This document shows positions 56,601 to 64,000 of a stretch of 64,000 nucleotides of DNA, one piece after another. Each line of letters starts with the position of its first letter. Position 1 is the stretch's first letter. The notes under the pieces are model-generated. The model searched no databases and was not told the DNA's origin. It saw nothing but the letters and a program-made list of their open reading frames with translations. Location: assembly GCA_051313645.2 (NCBI GenBank), contig JBNRSN020000194.1:124001-188000 (forward strand), read 5' to 3'. The translations under genes were made by a program, and so were the position numbers. This stretch comes from Centroscyllium fabricii. Lineage: Eukaryota.

Positions 56601-59501
56601 AGCACCCGACCCTGACTGAGAATAATCGGATCACCCACCCCTGACTGAGAATAATGAGAGCACCTGCCCCTGACTAAGAATACTGAGAGCACCCGGCCCT
56701 GACTGAGGATACTCAGAGCGCCACCCCTGAATGAGAATACTGAGAGCACCCGCACCTGAATGTGAATACTGAGAGCACCCGCCCCTGACTCAGAATACTG
56801 AGGGCACCCGCCCCTGACTGAGAATACTCAGAGTACCCGCCCCTGACTGAGAATACTCAGAGCACCCGCCCCTGACTGAGTATACTGGGAGCACCCGCCC
56901 CGACTGAGAATACTCGGAGCACCCGGCCCTGACTGAGAATACTGGGAGCACCCGCCCCTGACTTAGAATAATCGGAGCACCAGCCCCTGACTGAGGATAC
57001 TCAGAGCACACACCCCTGACTGAGAATAATGAGAGCACCCGCACCTAACTGAGAATACTGAGAGCACCCGCCGCTGACTGAGAATACTCGGAGCACACAC
57101 CCCTGACTGAGAATTCTCAGAGCACCTGCCTCTGAATCAGAATACTCGGAGCAGACACCCCTGACTGAGAATACTCGGAGCACTCGCCCATGACTGAGAA
57201 TACTGGGACCACACACCCCTGACTGAGAATACTCGGAGCACACACCCATGACTGAGAATACTTGGAGCACCCGCGCCTGACTGAGAATATTCGGATCACT
57301 CTCCCCTGACTATGAATACTGAGAGCACCCGCCCCTGAATGAGGATAATCAGTGCACCCACCCCTGACTGAGAATACTGAGAGCACCCGCACCTGACTGT
57401 GAATACTCAGAGCACCCACCACTGACTGGGAAAACTTGGAGTATCTGCCACTGACTGGGAATAATCAGAGCACACGCCCCTGTCTGAGAATAATCGGGGC
57501 ACTCGCCCCTGACTCAGAATACTCAGAGCACGCGCCGCTGACTGAGAATAATGAGAGCACCCACCCCTGACCGAGTATACTGGGAGCACCCACCCCGACT
57601 GAGAATACTCGGAGCACCCGCCCCTGACTTAGAATACTCGGAGCACCCGCCCCAGACTTAGAATAATCGGAGCACCAGCCCCTGACTGAGGATACTCAGA
57701 GCAAACACCCCTGACTGAGAATAATGAGATCACCCGCACCTGACTGAGAATACTGAGAGCACCCTGCCGCTGACTGAGAATACTCGGAGCACATACCCCT
57801 GACTGAGATTTCTTAGAGCACCTGCCCCTGACTCAGAATAATCGGAGCAGACACCACTGACTGAGAATACTCGGAGCACACGCCCATGACTGAGAATACT
57901 GGGACCACACACCCCTGACTGAGAATACGCGGAACACACACCCCTGACTGATAATACATGGAGCACCCGCGCCTGACTGAGAATATTCGGATCACTCGCC
58001 TCTGACTAAGAATACTGAGAGCACCCGCACCTGACTGTGAATACTGAGAGCACCCGCCCCTGACTGAGAATACTGAGGGAAACCGCCCCTGACTGAGAAT
58101 ACTGAGAGCACCCGCCCCTGACTGAGAATACTGTGAGCACCCGCCCCTGACTGTGAATACTCGGAGCACCTGCCTCTGACTGAGAATACTCGGAGCTCCC
58201 GCCCCTGACTCAGAATACTGAGAGCACCCGACCCTGACTGAGAATAATCGGATCACCCACCCCTGACTGAGAATAATGAGAGCACCCGCCCCTGACTAAG
58301 AATACTGAGAGCACCCGCCCCTGACTGAGAATACTCGGAGCACCCGCCCCTGACTGAGAATAGTGAGAGCACCCGCCCCTGACTGAGAATACTGAGAGCA
58401 CCCGCCCCTGACTGAGAATACTGTGAGCACCCGCCCCTGACTGTGAATACTCGGAGCACCCGCCTCCGACTGAGAATACTCGGAGCTCCCGCCCCGACTC
58501 AGAATAGTGAGAGCGCCCGCCCCTGACTGAGAATAATCGGATCACCCGCCCCTGACTGAGAATAATGAGAGCACCCGCCCCTGACTAAGAATACTGAGAG
58601 CACCCGCCCCTGACTGAGAATACTCGGAGCACCCGCCCCTGACTGAGAATACTCAGAGTACCCGCCCCTGTCCCAGAATACTGAGAGCACCCGCCTCTGA
58701 CTCAGAATAGTCAGAGCACCCGCCCCTGAATGAGAATACTCAGAGCACTCACCCCTGACTGAGAACACTTGGACCACACACCCCTGATTGAGAATACTCG
58801 GAGCACCTGCCACTGACTTAGAATACTCGGATCACCCGCCCCTGACTGAGAATACTCAGAGTACCCGCCCCTGACTGAGAATACTCAGAGCACCCGCCCC
58901 TGACTGAGTATACTGGGAGCACCCGCCCCTGACTGAGAATACTCGGAGCACCCGGCCCTGACTGATAATACTCGGAGCACCCGCACCTGACTTAGAATAA
59001 TCGGAGCACCAGCCCCTGACTGAGGGTACTCAGAGCACCCACCCCTGACTGAGAATAATGAGAGCACCCGCACCTGACTGAGAATAATGAGAGCACCCGC
59101 CGCTGACTGAGAATACTCGGAGCACACACCCCTGACTGAGAATTCTCATAGCACCTGCACCTGACTCTGAATACTCGGAGCAGACACCCCTGACTGAGAA
59201 TACTCGGAGCACTCGCCGATGACTGAGAATACTGGGACCACACACCCCTGACTGAGAATACTCGGAGCACACAACCCTGACTGAGAATACTTGGAGCACC
59301 CGCGCCTGACTGAGAATATTCGGATCACTCGCCCCTGACTATGAATACTGAGAGAACCCGCCCCTGAATGAGGATAATCAGAGCACCCACCCCTGACTGA
59401 GAATACTGAGAGCACCCGCACCTGACTGTGAATAATGAGAGCACCCGCCCCTGACTGAGAATACTGAGGGCACCCGCCCCTGACTGACAATACTGAGAGC
59501 A
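49648..59501. repeat. Recent tandem duplication, period 4927 bp (170 monomers minus 3 bp)
   Basis: ORF pairs 49906/54833, 50279/55206, 51863/56790, 53572/58499 and 53958/58885 are all offset 4927. The junction is near 54575. Confidence 0.95.
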
Positions 59502-60840
59502 CCCGCCCATGACTGAGAATACTGTGAGCACCCGCCCCTGACTGTGAATACTCGGAGCACCCGCCTCTGACTGAGAATACTCGGAGCTCCCGCCCCTGAC
59601 TCAGAATAGTGAGAGCACCCGCCCCTGACTGAGATTAATCGGATCACCCGCCCCTGACTGAGAAAAATGAGTGCACCCGCCCCTGACTAAGAATACTGAG
59701 AGCACCCGCCCCTGACTGAGAATACTCGGAGCACCCGCCCCTGACTGAGAATAGTGAGAGCACCGCCCCTGACTGAGAATATTTGGAGTACCCACCACTG
59801 ACTGAGAATACTCGGAGTACCCTCCACTGACTGAGAATACTCAGAGCACTCGCACCTGACTGAAAATAGTCGGAGTACCCGCAGCTGACTGAGAATACTT
59901 TGAGTACCAGCCCCTGACTGAGAATACTCGGAGCACCTGCCCCTGACTGAGAATACTTGGAGCACCTGCACCTGACTGAGAATACTCAGAGCACTCGCCC
60001 CTGACTGAGAATACTGAGAGCACCCGCCCCTGACTGAGAATACTCAGAGCACTCGCCCCACACTGAGAATACTCGGATCACCCACCGCTGACTGAGAATA
60101 CTTGGAGCACCAACCCCTGAATGAGAATACTCGGAGCACTCGCCCATGACTGAGAATACTGGGAGCACACACCCCTTACTGATAATACTCGGATCACACG
60201 CCCCTGACTGAGAATACTCGGAGCACCCGCCCCTGACTGAGATTACTCGGAGCACCCACCCCTGACTGATACTACTCGGAGTACCCGCCCCTGACTGAGA
60301 ATACCTGAGGCACACGGCATGACTGAGAATACTCGGAGCTCCCAGCCCTGACTGAGTATACTCGGAGCACCCGCCCCTGAATGAGAATACTCGGAGCTCC
60401 CGCCACTGACTGAGTATACTCGGAGAACCCGCCCCTGACTGAGAAATCTCGGAGCACACACCCCTGACTGAGAATATTGAGAGCACCCGCCCCTGACTGA
60501 GGATACTCAGAGCACCCACCCCTGACTGAGAATACTGAGAGCCCCCGCACCTGACTGAGAACACTGAGAGCACCCGCCCCGGACTGAGAATACTGAGAGC
60601 AACCGCCCCTGACTGAAAATATTGAGAGCACCCGCCCCTGACTGAGAATATTGTGAGCACCCGCCCCTGACTGATAATACTCGGAGCACCCGCCTCTGAC
60701 TGAGAATACTCGGAGCTCCCGCCACTGACTTAGAAAACTGAGAGCACCCGCCCCTGACTGAGAATACTCGGAGCAACCGCCCCTGACTGAGAAAAATGAG
60801 AGCACCCGCCCCTGACTAAGAATACTGAGAGCACCCGCCC
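58940..60840. repeat. Copy of about 44.3-46.3 kb (offset about 14606)
   Basis: ORF pairs 44385/58992, 45380/59986 and 45637/60243; CCTGAGGCACACGGCATG marker in both copies. Confidence 0.85.
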
Positions 60841-60891
60841 CTCACTGAGAATACTCGGAGCACCCGCCCTTTACTGAGAATACTGAGAGCT

Positions 60892-62767
60892 CACACCCCT
60901 GACTGAGAATATTTGGAGCACCCGACCCTGACTGAGAATATTCGGAGCACTCGCCCCTGACTAAGAATACTGAGAGCGCCCGCCCCTGACTGAGGATACT
61001 CCGAGTACCCACCCCTGACTGAGAATACTGAGAGCACACGCACCTGACTGAGAATACTGGGAGCACCCGCCCCTGACTTAAAATACTCAGAGCACAAGCC
61101 CCTGACTGTGAATACTCAGAGCTCACACACCTGACTGAGAATACTCGGGTCACCCGCATCTGAATGAGAATACTTGGTGCACCCGCCCCTGACTGAGAAT
61201 ATTGAGGTCACCCGCACCTGACTGTGAATAGTAAAGAGCACCCGCCCCTTAATGAGAATACTCAGATCACCCGCCCCTGACTGAGAATACTCAGATAACC
61301 CGCCCATGACTGAGAATACTTGGAGTAACGACCCCTGACTGAGAATACTCGGAGCACTCGCCTCTGACTGACAATACTCGGAGCACTCGCCCCTGAATGA
61401 AAATGTTCGGAGCACCCGCCCCTGACTGGGAATATTCGGAGCACACACCCCTGACTGGGAATACTCGGAGTACCTGCCCCTGACTCAGAATACTGAGAGC
61501 ACCCGCCCCTGACTGAAAATACTTGGAGCACCCGCACCTGACTGAGAATACTCAGAGCACTTGCCCCTGACTGAGAATACTGTTTGCACCCACCCCTGAC
61601 TGAGAATACTCAGAGCACTCGCCTCTGACTGAGAATATTCGGAGCACACACCCCTGACTGAGAATTCTCAGAGCACCTGCCCCTGACTCAGAATACTCGG
61701 AGCAGACACCCCTGACTGAGAATACTCGGAGCACTCGCTCCTGACAGAGAATACTCGGAGCACCCGCCGCTGACTTAGAATAATTGGAGCACACGCCCCT
61801 GACTGAGAATACTCGGAGCACCCGCCCCTGACTGATACTACTCGGAGCACCCGCCCCTGACTGAGAATACCTGTTGCACCCGGCGTGACTGAGAATATTC
61901 GGAGCTCCCAACCCTGACTGAGTATAGTCGGAGCACCCGCCCCTGACTGAGAATACTCAGAGCTCCCGCCCCTGACTGAGTATACTCGGAGCACCCGCCC
62001 CTGACTGAGAATACTCGGAGCACACACCCCTGACTGAGAATATTTGGAGCACCCGACCCTGACTGAGAATATTCGGAGCACTCGCCCCTGACTAAGAATA
62101 TTGAGAGCGCCCGCACCTGACTGAGGATACTCCGAGCACCCACCCCTGACTGAGAATACTGAGAGCACCCGCACCTGACTGAGAATACTGGGAGCACCCG
62201 CCCCAGACTTAGCATATTCAGAGCACAAGCCCCTGACTGTGAATACTCAGAGCTCACACACCTGACTGAGAATACTCGGGTCACCCGCATCTGAATGAGA
62301 ATACTTGGTGCACCCGCCCCTGACTGAGAATATTGAGGTCACCCGCACCTGACTGTGAATAGTAAAGAGCACCCGCCCCTTAATGAGAATACTCAGATCA
62401 CCCGCCCCTGACTGAGAATACTCAGATAACCCGCCCATGACTGAGAATACTTGGAGTAACGACCCCTGACTGAGAATACTCGGAGCACTCGCCTCTGACT
62501 GACAATACTCGGAGCACTCGCCCCTGAATGAAAATGTTCGGAGCACCCGCCCCTGACTGGGAATATTCGGAGCACACACCCCTGACTGGGAATACTCGGA
62601 GTACCTGCCCCTGACTCAGAATACTGAGAGCACCCGCCCCTGACTGAAAATACTTGGAGCACCAGCACCTGACTGAGAATACTCAGAGCACTTGCCCCTG
62701 ACTGAGAATACTGTTTGCACCCACCCCTGACTGAGAATACTCAGAGCACTCACCTCTGACTGAGAAT
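60892..62767. repeat. Partial tandem duplication, period 1131 bp (exactly 39 monomers)
   Basis: ORF pairs 61116/62247 and 61262/62393; ATTTGGAGCACCCGACC at 60911/62042. Confidence 0.88.
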
Positions 62768-64000
62768 AATCGGAGCACTCGACCCTGACTGAGGATACTC
62801 GGAGTACCCGCCCCTGACCCAGAAAACTGAGAGCACCCGCCCCTGACTCAGAATACTCATAGCACCCGCCCCTGAATGAGAATACTCAGATCACTCGCCC
62901 CTGACTGAGAATACTTGGAGCACACGCCCCTGACTGAGAATACTCGGAGCACATGCCCCTGACTGACACTACTCGGAACACACGCCCCTGACTGAGAATA
63001 CCTGTTGCACCCGGCGTGACTGAGAATATTCGGAGCTCCCAACCCTGACTGAGTATACTCGGAGCACCCGCACCTGACAGAGAATACTCAGAGCTCCCGC
63101 CCCTGACTGAGTATACTCGGAGCACGCGCCCCTGACTGAGAATACTCGGAGCACACACCCCTGACTGAGAATATTTGGAGCACCCGCCCCTGACTGAGAA
63201 TATTCGGAGCACTCGCCCCAGACTAAGAATACTGAGAGCACCTGCCCCTGACTGAGGATACTCCGAGCACCCACCCCTGACTGAGAATACTGAAAGCACC
63301 CGCACCTGACTGAGAATACTGTGAGCACCCGCCCCTGACTTAGAATACACAGTGCACACGCCCCTGACTGTGAATACTCAGAGAACACACTCCTGACTGA
63401 GAATACTCGGGTCACCCGCATCTGAATGAGAATACTTGGTTCACCCGCCCCAGACTGAGAATATTGAGGTCACCTGCACCTGACTGAGAATAGTAAAGAG
63501 CACCCGCCCCTTAATGAGAATACTCAGAGCACCCGCCCTTGACTGAGAATACTCGGAGCACTCGCCTCTGACTGAGAATACTCGGAGCACTCGCCCCTGA
63601 TTGAAAATGTTCGGAGCACCCGCCCCTGACTGAGAATACTCGGAGCACACACCCCTGACTGAGAATACTCGGAGTACCTGCCCCTGACTCAGAATACTGA
63701 GAGCACCCGCACCTGACTGAAAATACTTGGAGCACCCGCACCTGACTGAGAATACTCAGAGCACTTGCCCCTGACAGAGAATACTGTTTGCACCCACCCC
63801 TGACTGAGAATAGTCAGAGCACTCGCCTCTGTCTGAGAATAATCGGAGCAATCGACCCTGACTGAGGATACTCGGAGTACCCGCCCCTGACCCAGAATAC
63901 TGAGAGCAACCGCCCCTGACTCAGAATATTCAGAGCAACCGCCCCTGAATGAGAATACTCAGAGCACTCGCCCCTGACTGAGAATACTTGGAGCACACAC
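61630..64000. repeat. Copy of about 48.1-50.5 kb (offset 13535), truncated by the window end
   Basis: ORF pairs 48133/61668, 49322/62857, 49906/63441 and 50279/63814. Confidence 0.9.

Larger units (their letters stand above)
1..64000. repeat. 29-bp tandem satellite/minisatellite array, consensus CTGACTGAGAATACTCGGAGCACCCGCCC, about 2,200 diverged monomers, running off both window ends
   Basis: The motif CTGACTGAGAATACT recurs every 29 bp from the first line to the last, in a single orientation. Monomers typically differ from consensus by 0-4 substitutions, with rare 1-3 bp indels. Confidence 0.99.

Noticed and set aside
7-63996. Hundreds of minus-strand ORFs (up to 427 aa at 18668-19951 and 350 aa at 1384-2436) as protein-coding genes
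   Set aside because: They overlap in all three frames, are permutations of one 29-aa repeat, start and stop at sporadic variants, have no non-repetitive domain, and substitutions show no codon-position pattern.
1-64000. CRISPR array (29-bp, partly palindromic repeat)
   Set aside because: Repeats abut directly with no unique spacers, are too degenerate, and there is no leader or cas gene.
1-64000. Diversity-generating cassette library (antigenic variation, VLR-like, DGR) or PRDM9-like zinc-finger array
   Set aside because: No expression locus, recombinase or reverse transcriptase is present. The unit is 29 bp rather than 84 bp and has no C2H2 spacing. The variation fits point mutation plus duplication.
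1-64000. Telomeric repeat, tRNA/5S or other RNA-gene tandem array
   Set aside because: No TTAGGG-like unit, cloverleaf or Pol III A/B boxes. The inherited higher-order variant patterns are incompatible with fresh telomerase templating.
1-64000. Rolling-circle or sequencing concatemer artefact
   Set aside because: Variants are mostly substitutions shared in ordered blocks across kilobases with CpG bias, unlike random read error. Individual near-identical duplications still need read validation.
1-64000. Embedded transposon, inversion or unique island
   Set aside because: None seen on reading through; the complete absence of plus-strand ORFs also argues against any sizeable inverted segment.

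Overview
The whole 64-kb window is one uninterrupted, head-to-tail tandem satellite of a 29-bp monomer, consensus CTGACTGAGAATACTCGGAGCACCCGCCC (62% GC; about 2,200 copies by length). I saw no unique sequence, no inversion, no transposon insertion, no spacers and no credible gene. All predicted ORFs are artefacts: the minus-strand consensus has no stop codon and 29 is not a multiple of 3, so every frame spells the same 29-aa peptide. The real information is in the variant pattern. Both CpGs show deamination-type decay. The monomer carries a quasi-palindrome and, on the minus strand, paired G-tracts. There is a nested hierarchy of higher-order duplications with offsets of 87, 348, 579, 842, 895, 1131, 1249, 1709, 2672, about 2870, about 3100-3200, 4927, about 9400 and about 13500-14600 bp, organised into three domains with different diagnostic monomers (about 1-13.9 kb, 13.9-33 kb, 33-64 kb). 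I cannot assign the organism or satellite family; a methylated eukaryotic genome is an inference. I do not find support for a novel gene-encoded system. Offsets were read by eye from marker variants and the ORF track, so boundaries are approximate to about one monomer.
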